Source of the DNA: Macrostomum lignano
Lineage: Eukaryota
NCBI GenBank assembly: GCA_002269645.1
Contig: NIVC01002847.1
Location: 1-64,000, forward strand
Length of the DNA stretch: 64,000 nucleotides
Reading direction: 5' to 3'
A program made the translations under genes and the position numbers. The notes beneath the pieces were generated by a model. That model worked only from the letters and a program-made list of their open reading frames with translations, searched no databases and was not told the origin of the DNA. Below, piece by piece: positions 11,986 through 25,109 of this stretch (position 1 is its first letter; every line of letters begins with the position of its first letter).

Positions 11986-14900
11986 GTGGCTTCGCAAGTC
12001 TACTACTATTCTGTGATTTAGGTTTCTTTTCCTTTTCGGCATAACAAAGCCAGTTAATTCAACGGACGAATAGATTTGCATGTCATGTGGATCAACAAAA
12101 CGAAGGATTTCAATATATACAAATACAAAGACGAATAAAGAGATGAAGGATCAAACAAAGATGTTTTTAGTCTATGGCCCGAGTCATAGTTGGCTCTGAC
12201 TGCGAGCAAAAATACACTGAAAGCATAGGCAAAAAGCAGGTTTTCTCAACTTTAAAGGGCCATCTTTGTGAATCTCAAGAATCAAAATAGTCATGCATAG
12301 TCACGTAAAAATTTCCAATCAAATGGTGCAAGTTTGATAAATTTTGGTCCAACAGTCTAGGAGGTGTATTGAAATACCTACAGTATGATTTTCATCTTTA
12401 GTATTAAGACTAGCCATTTAGCCCCCCTCCGGGTGGCTTCTTAGCAGTTTAGCGCTTGTCTATAAGAAGTTTTTCACAGTCACTGAGCAAATCTCACTAA
12501 TCTCCGAGCAGTTCTGCAGTAGCAAATCTCAAAGCAGTTGTACACCAATTTTACTGAGACTAAAAAGTTCTAAAAAGTTACATTTCTTAATTTTTGAAAC
12601 TTTTCAATGTCAATTAATTTATAGTTCTTTTATGATTATTTGTTATTTTCAAATCCTCACCAGATTAGCACTATTCTCCCACATTAGCCCTACACCCCCA
12701 GATTAGCCCCACTTCCCCCAGATTAGCACTGCGCCCAGATTATAGCACTCAGCCCCGATTAGCACCACTCCGCAAAAATTCGCACTGCTACTTCTTCCAG
12801 ATTAGCCCCTATCCTCCAGATTAGCCCCCCACTCCGTTATATTAGCTCCACTCCCTTAGATTAGCACCCCTCCCAGATTAGCACTACTCCCAAACTGCTA
12901 AAAGGGGACTACTATTATCGCCTCAGAAGTTTCAAGTTAACCCTCCCCAGAAATCGGCTGTTATCCGCACAACAACCTGAAATTATCCCCTCTAATTCCG
13001 CAAAACAGACTGCAGTCATACAACTCATTTGCACTCTACAACTTTTATTATTATTATTCAATCATCTCTCAGAGACCCAGAATTGTCCCCTCAGCAAGCT
13101 ACAATTATTCACAGTTAGATATCCTCCTCAGAAGTCTGCCATTATTCTTCTAGCAGTCTGCAGCTATCCCCTAGGCAGTTTGCAGCTTATACGCTCATAA
13201 GTCTCGAGAAACTAACCAACGTCAGCAGTTTGCAGTTTGTCCCCTTTGCAGTCTGCAATGATTCCTTCAACAATCTGCAGTTCCCCTCAGTAGTCTGCAG
13301 TCAATTCATTTGCAGTCAGCAAGTGTTTCCTTAATAATTCTCATTTATCCTCTCAGCAGTCTGCAGTTCTCTCAGCTGGCCCCTCAGTATTCTCAGCAAA
13401 CTGCAATGATAAATTTGCTCAGCATTTACTACGGCTCACTAATCAATTTTCGGTACATATTGGCAGTCTTGCGCAACTCAGCATTTAGCAATACCTTCAG
13501 GAGTTTAGCTGCTTAGCAGCATCATCTGCAACTTAGCAGCCTATGTATGACTGCATTGTACGGCTCACTGATTAGCACTGCTCTAGAAGCTTAACGCAGC
13601 CAGCAAAAGTACCTTCCTTTAAATTTAAATGTTTGATGCCTGCATGACAATGATTATTCTCACAGGTCACAAAGATAAATTTGCTGCTTCAACGCAGACT
13701 CGAACTGCTGACCTTCTGCTTAGTCTATGCCTGTTATTGCCTGGCTATTTTGCCTATTGACAGATGGTCAAAAAATCCTTATACTATTCAACAAGTTTAG
13801 TAACTTCAGCAGTTCGAAGTTAACATTTCTCAGACTCCCCCAGAAATCGGCAGTTATCCCCACAACAACCTGAAATTAGCTATCCCTTTTAATCCCGCAA
13901 AACAGACTGCAGTTATCCACTTTGCTGTCTACAACTTTCATTAACATCAGCAAACTACAATAATTCACTCAGCAGTCCGCAGTTATCGCCTCAACAACGT
14001 GCACTTAATACTTCACCGTTATTATCCACTTAAAACTTTCTAGATCTAGATAGTTATCCCCTCAGCAGTTTGCAGCTATACACTCATAAGTCTAGAGGAA
14101 CTACCTCAGCAATCAGTATCAGTATCGGTCTCAGCATTAGTATCCTCAGCAAACTACAATGATCCTTTCAACAATGTAGAAATTAGCTCAGCATTGTATG
14201 GCTTACTAATCGATTTTCGATACATATCGGCAATCTTTTGCACCACTCAAACATTTAGCAATACCTCAGCAGTTTAGCAGCATTGTCTGCAGTTAAGTAA
14301 TTTAATTAATACTTCTATAAACCTAGATAATAACAATTAATGGGATCTTAGGATTTTACAAATCAAATCAAATTTGCTTAAAGGCTTGTGCGAGTAGCAA
14401 AAATAAATTATTGTAATTAATAAAAGAATTTTAATTGCTCAGGCAATAGATAATTAATCAATCAATTCTCAAAATAGTCGAGGCACAAGCTACTAATGAA
14501 TGAATTTATTTAATTTTAATTATCCGCTGGGGAGGCGGACTCGAACCTTGGACCTTACGCCTAGCCTAAACCTAGACCTAGTGCCTACACTGCGGCTATT
14601 CTGCCTACTGATGGGAGGGCGCAAAAATCAGCCATATATGCTTTGGCACTGCAGTCAAATACATAGCAGTGATAGGCTGCTCAGTGTGCACAGGTTGTAT
14701 GCAGGCAGAGCCAATGCACAGTCGAGTGAAATCTATTAATAGCAATTGTCTATGCAGTCCGCCAGTCAGCCAGGGTCAGAATGTACACACACAGCCACTG
14801 AGCATTATTTTCCTCTCCCTTATTGCAGCCAGTATTGAGGCATACACAGTGAACAGAGAAAAGTTGTGGCGCAATCTTAATTGGAATTGAAATTCAGTTA

Positions 14901-17546
14901 GTGAGATTTTGACCTTTTCTAGCCGCCCATTGAAAGCAATGGGAAAACTTGTTTTTCGAATATTTAACCAACTTCCCATTCGAATTTTTCAATGCAATTA
15001 CACCCACACAATCTCACAAGAATTTTGAGTTGAATAAAGCAAGTTTGAAAAAAATCGGTTCAGGCATTCAGGCTGTGGACTGGAATACCGGTCAGACAGA
15101 CAGACAGACAGATCTTAGAGATTTAGTATATTGTGAAGACAGATCTTAGAGATTTAGTATATTGTGAAGAAGAAGAAAGAAGAAGAAGATATAAAGATAG
15201 AATATGATACTTGCCAAGCCTATTTGAGCTATGATAGCTTAATCATAAGTCATAGATGAATCCCTTGCTCATGCAAGTTTTTCAAAATATGACAAACAAG
15301 CTATTGATGAAATTCTATATTCCACCTACCTGCCTAAGCTATGAGACCAGTTGGCACTAGGTCATGTATATTTGTAAAGGCAAGGATGACCTAGAAGACA
15401 AGCTATGCAATGGAAAACCAAATAGTATTCAAATGTATAAATGAGAGAGATAGGTAGAAAAAGCTGTTGCAAGACTGACACCTGACCACATGATAGCTAT
15501 GTAATGCTATTAGAATATCCCATAATTAGTTAACAATTCATCAATAGATTATTGCCTATGATAAAAAATTAGGCACATATAGAAAGCTAAGCAAAAGCAT
15601 CAAAGTGCTTAATAGTATAAGCTAGACTCCCCATGATCATAGAAGGCCATTAGGTCTATTAGCCAGCTAATAGTGATGCATATTTACCTTATTAGACATG
15701 TATAACCTTCTGTTCAATTAGCCTATACAAATGGGCCAAGTAGTAAATAGTAACTTCTACCTATTTATACTTGTGAAGTTTTATTTATTTATGATAATAG
15801 GCCTATATTGCATGAGGCTAGTCCTATTCTGCTCCAAGACAATATAGCTTTGCTTTGAAAGGAAAATATGTTAGTCATACATACACAAGCCCATGATTTA
15901 TACTGGCCATGCGACTTACTTTTTGACCAAAAATGCAACTTACATATAAAGAAACCCTGAAGCAAAAACTAATACAATGGCAAAAACTATTGCTATCTTA
16001 TTAAGGCTAAATGCCTTATCCTCTAATTAGAATTGTCTACTCTTTTGAGTGGGCATTTTTGTGACTTATCCCTGGTTTACTACAATTTATGGAGGCCAGA
16101 TTGTCCAGGTTGGCTAGTAGTTGTGCATGTATGTAGGATAAAACAAAATTATCAATCTACTATATTTGTTGCCTACTTATTGGGTCCTAAAGAAAAAAGA
16201 GCAAAATGAATACAAAACATTTTTTCTTATTGTTAACAATTTCTCTTTTTTTATTGTTAGTTTTTAGTTTTTATTGATGTTAATTATGACCAAATTTCAA
16301 TTATCACCTGAATTAACTAATGACTAAATAAATAGATTATATATTTATAAACATGCTTGGGTGCAACCTAGGGATTCACCTAGCCATTTCTATTGGCAAC
16401 ATACATACATGTAAGTTGCTATTGGACAGAATAATAGTCACGTGACTGCTTTCAGTCTGCTGTGTTAGTCTTCTCATCGTACTATGAGTCTACTACAATA
16501 CTACAATTGTAGCTACTATAGTCAAGCCAGTCAGGCATGATCAAGACAATGTTACAAGGTGGGTTTCAGGGCCTTGACACGAATGTAGGTCGCACCATCT
16601 GCAGTTGTCAAGGGTGTCAGCTATATCAGCTAGCAGGCAATCAACAAAATGCGAGTGTATGCCTTTCGTCTCTAGTATTACAATGCCTGTAAGCATTAGC
16701 AGCATCTGCACTAGCTGTAGGCGATACAAATCAGCTTGGATGACATGGCCTGGTAGCTAGAGACTAGAGTCGCCAATTGCACAATAGTTTGCTAGGACAG
16801 GACACCAGTTTGGTGATAGAATGTCGCATTGGTGACTTGCTTATAGCCAATCTAACAATCTTAAGGGCAATACACAATATGATTACATTGTGTATATACA
16901 TGTACATATATAAGAGTATGACATTTGATTCGTCTGCTCCCATTTTTATCCCTATCTACTTTATCTGCAAGTAGCTAAATTGACTGAGAACCTTTTTAGT
17001 CAAGTCAGCTCAGCTTTTACTCAGCTGATATATTTTAGTGCTTTTTAATATTTTTAATTAGCTTGGCAGAATGCCTTAGTCTAGGCCTACCTATAGACAC
17101 TGAACTAGATGTATGTACTTTGTAACCTATGAGAGGCTATTGATATTGAATTATAACAAGCTAACATTTAAGCTCTAGAATTAACCACAACCATTCTAAG
17201 CTTTCAATGGCAATGCTCATATCTAGACTAGATTTTTTGTGCACAGACTACATAATGTACTTTAAATTTTGAAATTGCACCCTGAAATTGAAAAAGTGGG
17301 TGTGGTTTAGATGTGGTCTCATAACTTATTTTTTCTTTTAAGCCTCATTTGCATCATTGCCGCTTAACATAAGAAAGAAAAGAAGAAAATAAAGTATGTA
17401 AAAGAGTAGCTAAACAATTTTCTACGAATAAAATTTAATGGCTAACAAAACAAATAGTATTTAAATAAGGAATTATAAAACAGGAATTGTATGAACTAAT
17501 GACGACCCAAGCAGAAGGACGAGAAACCTCGCCTCCTGGAAAATGT

Positions 17547-17942
17547 GAGCCTCTTCAGATCGCCGGTTCGAAAAATGGAACTGGTTCCGAACCAGTTCGA
17601 CGCTCTTCATATTGATGGTTCAAAAAACAGAAAAACAGAACATGGTTCTGGTTCTAGAATATGGTTCGAGAAATTTTCTCGAACCGTTGGCATGTTTACA
17701 CTTTAACAGTAAAATACATTTATGATTTAAAATCGTCAATTTTTTATTATTGTTAGGCCTATATAATTAGGCCTATTCCGTTTTTCGTCATATCCAAGAA
17801 AAAACAAAGTCAAAAAACGACAAAATTAAATTGTAAAGACTGTCAAACATAAAATGGGTTCGAAGCTCCTCATTTCACACTGGTTCTGGTTCTAGAACTC
17901 GAATTTATTCCGGTTCTAGAACCGATTGCCGTGAAGAGGCTC
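17547..17942. mobile_element. MITE with 11-bp TIR GAGCCTCTTCA and 3-bp flanking repeat TGT (PIF/Harbinger-like)
   Basis: GAGCCTCTTCA at 17547 and TGAAGAGGCTC ending 17942; TGT on both flanks; internal GGTTC/GAACC repeats. Confidence 0.55.
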
Positions 17943-18730
17943 TGTGTCAAGTTTTTCCAAGACAATTTTCTAAGAAGTGATTTTAAGACTAAAACTTCAA
18001 ACAAATAATACCTATGAAAATGTGTCGCTTGATATTTATTTACTTTATTATACAATAAGTGAATATTTATATATATATATGCTATTTGCTGTTTATTATG
18101 TTAGTATTTTTTTAATATAATTTGAGTACGTCTAGAATTTAACTTTACTAAGTACTTTGCATTTTCATGGCACTAAGAACTATCATCAGCTTTTAGCATT
18201 TTTAAAGGGACAGATATTATTCAAAGATGCCATTGGTGGAGAATGAATAACGGAATTAAATGTTTTCTTCAAACCTATTATCACAGCCTTAAACAGATTT
18301 GTAAATAGTGGAACTACAAAAGCCGCAAAAGCCTCTAAATAAAGGTAAACCTAGTTGCCCTGTCATGAAGTTTAATTCTTACAACGAATTTTATAGTTGC
18401 ATGACGTTTGATGACTTTTGAAAACTTTTGAATGAGTAAAATATTTTTTATGTATTGTTAATCGATATTATACGAAATGTAAAAGGATGACATTAAAATC
18501 ATGCTTTAAACTCCATGATTAATCAATGACACTTTCAAATTGAAATTAATTAGAAGAGTCAAGGGTCTTTTCATGGAAATAAACGTTTTAGTAAATAATT
18601 CAATATGTTTTCATAGAGCTCATTATTTATGTCAGTCAATTGTTTTTTTATTTGTTTCTCCCCACAGGCTAACTATCCTACGCAATCAAACTTTGAGTGC
18701 ACTATTTATCAAAAATCGTGTTCTACGGCC

Positions 18731-19087
18731 ATGTCGGACGATGAAGGATGTACTGGAGAGCGTCGAGACTCGTCGCCAACTGAGCAACAGCATGGCCGGC
18801 GCGGTCAGGCGGAGGCCTCAGCCGCTTTGGCTGGTTCCGCGGCGCCAACTCCCGAAGAAATCCTCCGCCTGCTGGAGTCCTGCCAGCTGACTGACGAGCA
18901 GGCGGACGAGTTGTTGAAGGACGCCTACGCGCTCAACCGGCTACTCAGGGCGCATCTCGCCCACGTCGAAGCCGCGAACGGCGGCGCAGCTGAAAGCCGG
19001 GGAAGCCACCGGCGCGGAAACAGCGGCGAAACATCAGGCGGCTCGGCTGTCGCGCCGCGCTCGGGCAAATCAAGACAGAGCAGCGGC

Positions 19088-19140
<53 letters not shown>

Positions 19141-19414
19141 AGGCGGCTTCGGCCGGCAGCTCGGCGGCGGCGCCGTCCGTCACGAACAGTCGTCGAGCCG
19201 ACGCTCCGTGTCGCTCAGCGGCCGGACCCACGTCACCGCCGCCGCCTCCTCGTCGAGTCAGCAGCGGCTACCGCCAATAGCCAGGGCGAAGTCGCCCGGT
19301 CAGCGGCTGTCCCAGATGGCCAGGGCCTACAGCTCCGGGGTGATCCAGCCCGGCCACCGGGGCGGCACCGCTGGCGCTCCGGACTCCAGCAAGTCGGCAA
19401 AAAAGCGACTGTGA
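18731..19414 (+). CDS. Hypothetical 227-aa protein with a short helical N-terminal domain and poly-Gly/Ser tail
   Basis: GC-rich ORF in AT-rich surroundings; strong acceptor tttctccccacag at 18667, ATG at 18731; helical EEILRLLESCQLTDEQADELLKDAYALNRLLRAHL. Family not recognised. Confidence 0.7.
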
Positions 19415-20119
19415 TTCACCGATTAAGTTGTCAATCTTCGAAACGCGCAATTAAAATATCACTTTTGAGGTTGCCTTTTAAAGAGTACATTGTACTTATA
19501 GTCTGTGCAGCTGTGGTCCTGGCTAATTGAAAGCGTTACCGTGACAAGAATCGCTAAAGTCATTGCAAACACTCTGACTCTGCCGCTATAGGGACTCTAG
19601 CGACTCTGGGGCGACATCTCGTCGTTTTAGAGTCGTCCAGAGTCGCGTTTTTTTATTTTTTTACCTCTGCTACCCGCAACGACTCTGAAAAGAGCCTTGA
19701 GACGACGCAAGTGACTTTGACTTTTGTTTTCACAAAAACGAGCTGTAGAGAGCAAGTTTTCTAAATTTTCGGGCAATTGCCAGAAAATCACACACTGATT
19801 TTGTTTCCTCCCGCTGTCCGCTTAGCGTCTGTTCATCGGCCCTCTTTGCCTTCAAATTGATTCATTTTGTTAAAATGCTTGTTTTGCTCATTCGAGTACT
19901 TTCTCTTTGGTCTTGCAGACGTCTGTCTGCCTGCCACATCATGACGCTTTAAATCTTAAGTAACCTGGGGTGTCTAAAGTTCCATCGTAACAACTGTCAA
20001 ATATATATGTCAAAAGCTTGATAATGATAAATGATAAATGATAAATTTTAGCTGTGATATTTAGTAGCCTACTAATAGTAGACCTGCTTGCCTTCTTCGC
20101 TTTGTACGAACTACAAACG

Positions 20120-20834
20120 GGGGGGTTTCACAAACTCGAAATTTCACAACGTCGAAAGCACCTTCTTTCACAAGGTCGAAATTTCACAAGGTCGAAATTT
20201 CACAACGTAGAAAAGTTAAACAGCAGCCACTTTCATAAGGTCGAAACTTCACAAGGTCGAAATTTCATAATATCGAAAGTTTTAGCAAGAGACTTCACAA
20301 GGTCGAAACTTCAAAAAGGTCGAAATTTCACAACGTAGAAAACTACTGTATGGTTCTTGATATATACAATTTTCGACTTTGTGAAATTTCGAGCTTATGA
20401 AGTTTCGACCTTGTGAAAGTGGCTGCACTTGAGTTTTCGATGTTATGAAATTTCGACCTTGTGAAATTTTGACCTTATGAAATCTCTTGCTAGATTTTTC
20501 GATGTTGTGAAATTTCGACCTTGTGAAGTTTCGACCTTGTGAAAGTGGCTGCTATTTGAGTTTTCGATGTTGTGAAATTTCGACCTTATGAAATTTCGAC
20601 CTTATGAAGTCTCTTGCTAAAGTTTTCGATGTTGTGAAATTTCGACCTTGTGAAGTTTCGACCTTGTGAAATAATTTACTTTTCGACGTTGTGAAATTTC
20701 GACCTTGTGAAGTTTCGACCTTGTGAAATAATTTACTTTTCGACGTTGTGAAATTTCGACCTTGTGAAGTTTCGACCTTGTGAAATAATTTACTTTTCGA
20801 CGTTGTGAAATTTCGACCTTGTGAAAGCACCCCC
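20120..20834. mobile_element. Foldback-like non-autonomous DNA element with an 8-bp TSD
   Basis: Ends GGGGGGTTTCACAA...TTGTGAAAGCACCCCC; TACAAACG at 20112-20119 and 20835-20842; arms built from ~16-bp TTCACAAGGTCGAAAT units in opposite orientations. Confidence 0.75.
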
Positions 20835-21019
20835 TACAAACGTTTATCGCTTTGAGTTCAGCTGAGCAACGAGTGAAGTTAAAAAAAAATAAAATTGTAA
20901 TATTTGACACATCAGACTGCTGCATACGCGTGTCTCCGGCGTTTTTTTTTATTCTACGCTACTTCCAATATTAGCGAATTAATAGATTGTTTGTTTGTGT
21001 CACCTCTTTGCCTTCCGAA

Positions 21020-21920
21020 TCCATTTCTCCCAAATCCGCAGGCTAATTCCCATTTCTCCCAAATCCCCATCTTGTTTCCCATTTCTCCCTAATCCCCATC
21101 TTGTTTCCCATTTCTCCCAAATCCCCATCTTGTTTCCCATTACTTCCAAATCCCCATATAGATTCCCATTCCTCCCAAATCCCCATCTTGTTTCTCATTT
21201 CTCCCTAATCCCCATCTTGTTTCCCATTTTTCCCTAATCCCCATCTTGTTTCCCATTTCTCCCTAATCCCCATCTTGTTTCCCATTTCTCCCAAATCCCC
21301 ATCTTGTTTCCCATTACTTCCAAATCCCCATATAGATTCCCATTCCTCCCAAATCCCCATCTTGTTTCTCATTTCTCCCTAATCCCATCTTGTTTCCCAT
21401 TTTTCCCTAATCCCCATCTTGTTTCCCATTACTTCCAAATCCCCATCTTGTTTCCCATTTCTCCCAAACCCCCATATAGATTCCCATTTCTCACAAATCC
21501 CCATATATATTCCCATTTCTCCCAAATCCCCATCTTGTTTCCCATTTCTCCCTAATCGCCATCTTGTTTCCCATTTCTCTTAAACCCCCATATAGATTCC
21601 CATTTCTCACAAATCCCCATATATATTCCCATTTCTCCCAAATCCCCATTTTTTTTCCCATTTCTCCCTAATCCCCATCTTGTTTCCCATTTCTCCCTAA
21701 TCCCCATCTTGTTTCCCATTTCTTCCAAATCCCCATCTTGTTTCCCATTTCTCTCAAACCCCCATATAGATTCCCATTTCTCACAAATCCCTAGGTTGAT
21801 TTCCATTTCTCCCAAATCTTTATCTTGTTTCCCATTTCTCCCAAATCCTTATCTTGCATCCCAAATCCTCAGATTGATTCCCCAATTCTCCCACATCCCC
21901 ATATTGATTCCCATTTCTCA
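21020..21920. repeat. ~29-bp pyrimidine-rich minisatellite (AATCCCCATCTTGTTTCCCATTTCTCCCT)
   Basis: Direct tandem repetition. Confidence 0.92.
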
Positions 21921-22050
21921 TTTTCAAAATTCTCATGTTTTCGCATTTTATTCTCGTTTTTTTATTTCTTCCTTTACGAAGGTACATGTATCGATAAAGC
22001 AGTTAAGTGGTCAAAGATGCTTACGCGGCATCCGATAAGATGAGAAGAAC

Positions 22051-24397
22051 TTGACTTACTTGACTTAGCTGCAGGGCTGTCCCGGAGGGGACACAGCGGG
22101 AAGGCGCGGGCGCCCATTCCGCTAGTCCCTGAACGGCCGACGCGTCGCTATGGACGGAGGGTTGGCGCCGCCCAGGGAGGTCCCCCAGTGTCGCCAGCAG
22201 CTATGGTGCTCTCTGGAAAGGAGAGTTCAGCCCTGCGGGTGGCCCGAAGGTAGCGCATGAGCTGATTAAAGTTTTCGGGTTTGCACGCTTCAGTAATAGA
22301 TGTGTGTGGCCCGAGGTAAGTGAGTCTGGCCCGCGTGAAGGCGGGACAGATGCTGACGAAATGCTCAGCGGTTTCGTCACCTGAGTTGCAGAAACTACAG
22401 GTGGCGTTGGTGGCGTTGCCCTGCAGGTACTGGTGCCTGGAGAAGCAGCCGTGACCAGAGAGGGTCATGGTGGCAGCCCGGATGTCTCTGCGCGAGAGGC
22501 GCAAGAGGAGCTTCCGGAGCTGGTGAGAGGGCTGAGGGACAGCGCCTCTGGATTGCCTGCAGTTCGTGCGGTTCGCCCAAGTCGAGCGGTGCTGAGTCCT
22601 GATCCACGCTTTGATGCGCGAGTCGATGACACAGCCAGGGATCGGGACAAGAGGTTCGGGGCCGAGAGAGGAGCCGGAGGCACCAACTTTTGCAAGGGTG
22701 TCAGCCAACTCATTTCCTCGGATCCCCACATGCCCCGGAACCCACTTAAGGGTAATTTTGTTGGCGGAACCCAACACATTGAGGAGTTTGATACAGTCAA
22801 GGACTGTAGCAGAGTTGGTGCTGCAGCCACTGATGGCGTGCAAGGCAGCTTGGCTGTCCGAATGGAAAATGATGTTCTTACCAGTAACGCCAGTGGCGAG
22901 AAGCTCTGCAGTGCAGGAGCTGATGGCCAGAACTTCATTTTGGAAAACACTGGAGTTGACCCCAGTGTATTGAGCGTGGGTAGCGATGACCCTCCCGTTC
23001 AGAAAGATTCCAACACCAAAGCCGGTGTTGGCTGACTGCTTAGAACCGTCGGTGTAGCAATGAAGCTCACCAGGGTTCCAATGGTCATTGATGTTATCGC
23101 GCGAGTCGATAGCTACGGAGTAGCGCTGTCTCAGGTTGAGCGTTGAGGCAATGCCATCGGTGAAGACGCGATTGGCCTGACACTCGTTGAGAAAGTTGAG
23201 GCACAGATCGCTATGCGGGACAAGGTTCCGCTTAGCAGGTGCTCTCATGTAAAGGAATTTGACGCCGGCATCAATTAGACGCCGCGTCGTTCTAGCCGCC
23301 TCACCCCTGATGAAGAGGTCAAGAGGCGGAAGATTAAGAAAGGCCCCCATGCCAGCAAAGGGCGTGGACCTGGTGGCGTTGCAGATGAGCCTACACGCTC
23401 TGCCTTGGATCGTGTTGAGCAGGTCTGCATGGCTTTTGACCTGGGTAGCGCTAACCCAGACAACAGAGGCGTACGTAATGGCAGGTCTAACTACGGAAGT
23501 ATAGATCCACCAAAGCCGCTTTGGGGATAGACCCCAAGAAGTGCCAAGTGCTCGTCGGAGCTGGGCCAGGATGGCTGAGGCACGCTTAGCTTTTGCTTTC
23601 ACGTGGAAGGACCAGTTGAGCCGGTGGTCAAGTGTGACCCCGAGACATCTGGTCTGGTGCGCGAAGGCAATATCTCTGCCGTAGAGCTGCAGAGGACGTA
23701 TGTTCCAGCGTAGTCTGCTGGTAAACATAATGGCAACGGTTTTGGGCTCAGAGAGTTCCAAACCATTGTCATTGGCCCAGGATTCTGCTTTGCGGATAAA
23801 GCTCTGCATCAGATCCCTGAGCGTGCTGGGAGACGGTCCTGCCACAATGGCCGTGACGTCATCAGCATACCCGACTTTGAAGACGGGGTCAGGTCGGGAG
23901 TCACTCAGAAGAGCGTCCATGACCAGGTTCCAGAGCGTCGGGGTGAGGACTCCGCCTTGGGGTCCACCCTTACAGACTCTGGTGGAGGCAGTTTGCCCAA
24001 GAAGTTGGGCAGTGACCGTACGGTTGGAGATCATGTACATGATCCACCGTATGAGGGTAGCATGAGCTTTGCGATTTTGAAGGGCCCTCTGAAACGCTTC
24101 AAAGATAACGTTGTCGAAGGCGCCAACAATGTCAAGAAAGAGAGCCAGGGCGTAACCGTCACCCAGTACCGCCCGTTCAATCTTTTCGACAATCGCATGC
24201 AGGGCGCTGTCAGTCGACCTCCCGGTACGGAAGGCGTGCTGATTATTGCTGAGGGGCATCGCTGTCAGCTCGCAGGAGAGCAGCCGCCAGAGAATAAGCC
24301 TCTCAGTGAGCTTAAGCATTGCTGACGTTAAGCTAATTGGCCGGAAGGCCTTGACGCTTTGGTAGTCACCCTTCCCAGGTTTGGGAATAAAGACTAC
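22051..24397 (-). mobile_element. 5'-truncated non-LTR retrotransposon (RT + RNase H; I/R1/Loa group)
   Basis: 12-bp TSD GATGAGAAGAAC at 22039-22050 and 24398-24409; short tandem TAAGTCAAG repeat at the 3' end; open RT-RNase H frame. Confidence 0.9.
22148..24397 (-). CDS. LINE ORF2 fragment: reverse transcriptase, RNase H and C-terminal Zn knuckle (endonuclease lost)
   Basis: FIPKPGK..FRPISLTS, LFLDIVGAFD, GGPQGGVL, YADD, CYTDGSK, SDSQAA, WVPGHVGIRGNELAD, CSFC...ETAEHFVSIC. Confidence 0.93.
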   Translation of the reverse strand, partial: VVFIPKPGKGDYQSVKAFRPISLTSAMLKLTERLILWRLLSCELTAMPLSNNQHAFRTGRSTDSALHAIVEKIERAVLGDGYALALFLDIVGAFDNVIFEAFQRALQNRKAHATLIRWIMYMISNRTVTAQLLGQTASTRVCKGGPQGGVLTPTLWNLVMDALLSDSRPDPVFKVGYADDVTAIVAGPSPSTLRDLMQSFIRKAESWANDNGLELSEPKTVAIMFTSRLRWNIRPLQLYGRDIAFAHQTRCLGVTLDHRLNWSFHVKAKAKRASAILAQLRRALGTSWGLSPKRLWWIYTSVVRPAITYASVVWVSATQVKSHADLLNTIQGRACRLICNATRSTPFAGMGAFLNLPPLDLFIRGEAARTTRRLIDAGVKFLYMRAPAKRNLVPHSDLCLNFLNECQANRVFTDGIASTLNLRQRYSVAIDSRDNINDHWNPGELHCYTDGSKQSANTGFGVGIFLNGRVIATHAQYTGVNSSVFQNEVLAISSCTAELLATGVTGKNIIFHSDSQAALHAISGCSTNSATVLDCIKLLNVLGSANKITLKWVPGHVGIRGNELADTLAKVGASGSSLGPEPLVPIPGCVIDSRIKAWIRTQHRSTWANRTNCRQSRGAVPQPSHQLRKLLLRLSRRDIRAATMTLSGHGCFSRHQYLQGNATNATCSFCNSGDETAEHFVSICPAFTRARLTYLGPHTSITEACKPENFNQLMRYLRATRRAELSFPESTIAAGDTGGPPWAAPTLRP

Positions 24398-24879
24398 GAT
24401 GAGAAGAACACAAAACACTTATTTATTAATATCCTTATATAATATTCAAAAGCTGCTGCGACAAGGAAAAGAACAGAAAGTCTTTACTTCGATAAAGATG
24501 TAAAATGGCATAAACTAGCTCGTATGCAACGGGTGGTCACGTGATATGAATGGATGCATGAACATCTCGTGACCCGAATGAACACAAACCTCTCCCGTGA
24601 CTTGAATGAATGCTGCGGGGATAGTCACGTGGTCTCACTGATCGCAGAAATCTTGTTTCTGATCGCAGAAAGCGGCCCATTCCGCGTTCAATCACGTCAC
24701 GTGACATTTAAGCGTGACTAGTTACTAACTCACACGACCTGAAAGTTTAAAATAACGACCGAAAACGTACAATGCAGCGCCCTCACGAGAATTTGCAAAC
24801 CTTGCAAAGATTTTCGGAATTGTGATACTTTTTAGGTTTTATACTACATAGGAATGATGATGTGACTCGAACTAGCACA

Positions 24880-25070
24880 AATTAGGTATCACGTGACCTG
24901 AACTGAGCTCACAACAGTCACGTGACTTGAACTGAACACAGAAGTGTCACGTGACTTGAACTGAACACGGGATGGTCACGTGACTTGAACTGAACACGGG
25001 ATGGTCACGTGACTTGAACTGAACACGGGATGGTCACGTGACTTGAACTGAACCCAGTACAGTCATGTGA
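24880..25070. repeat. 29-bp tandem repeat carrying GTCACGTGAC
   Basis: Units at ~24889, 24918, 24946, 24975, 25004, 25033, 25062. Confidence 0.85.
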
Positions 25071-25109
25071 CTTGAATCAGTGCAGGAGTCTGAAGCGAAC
25101 GCTGAAAAG

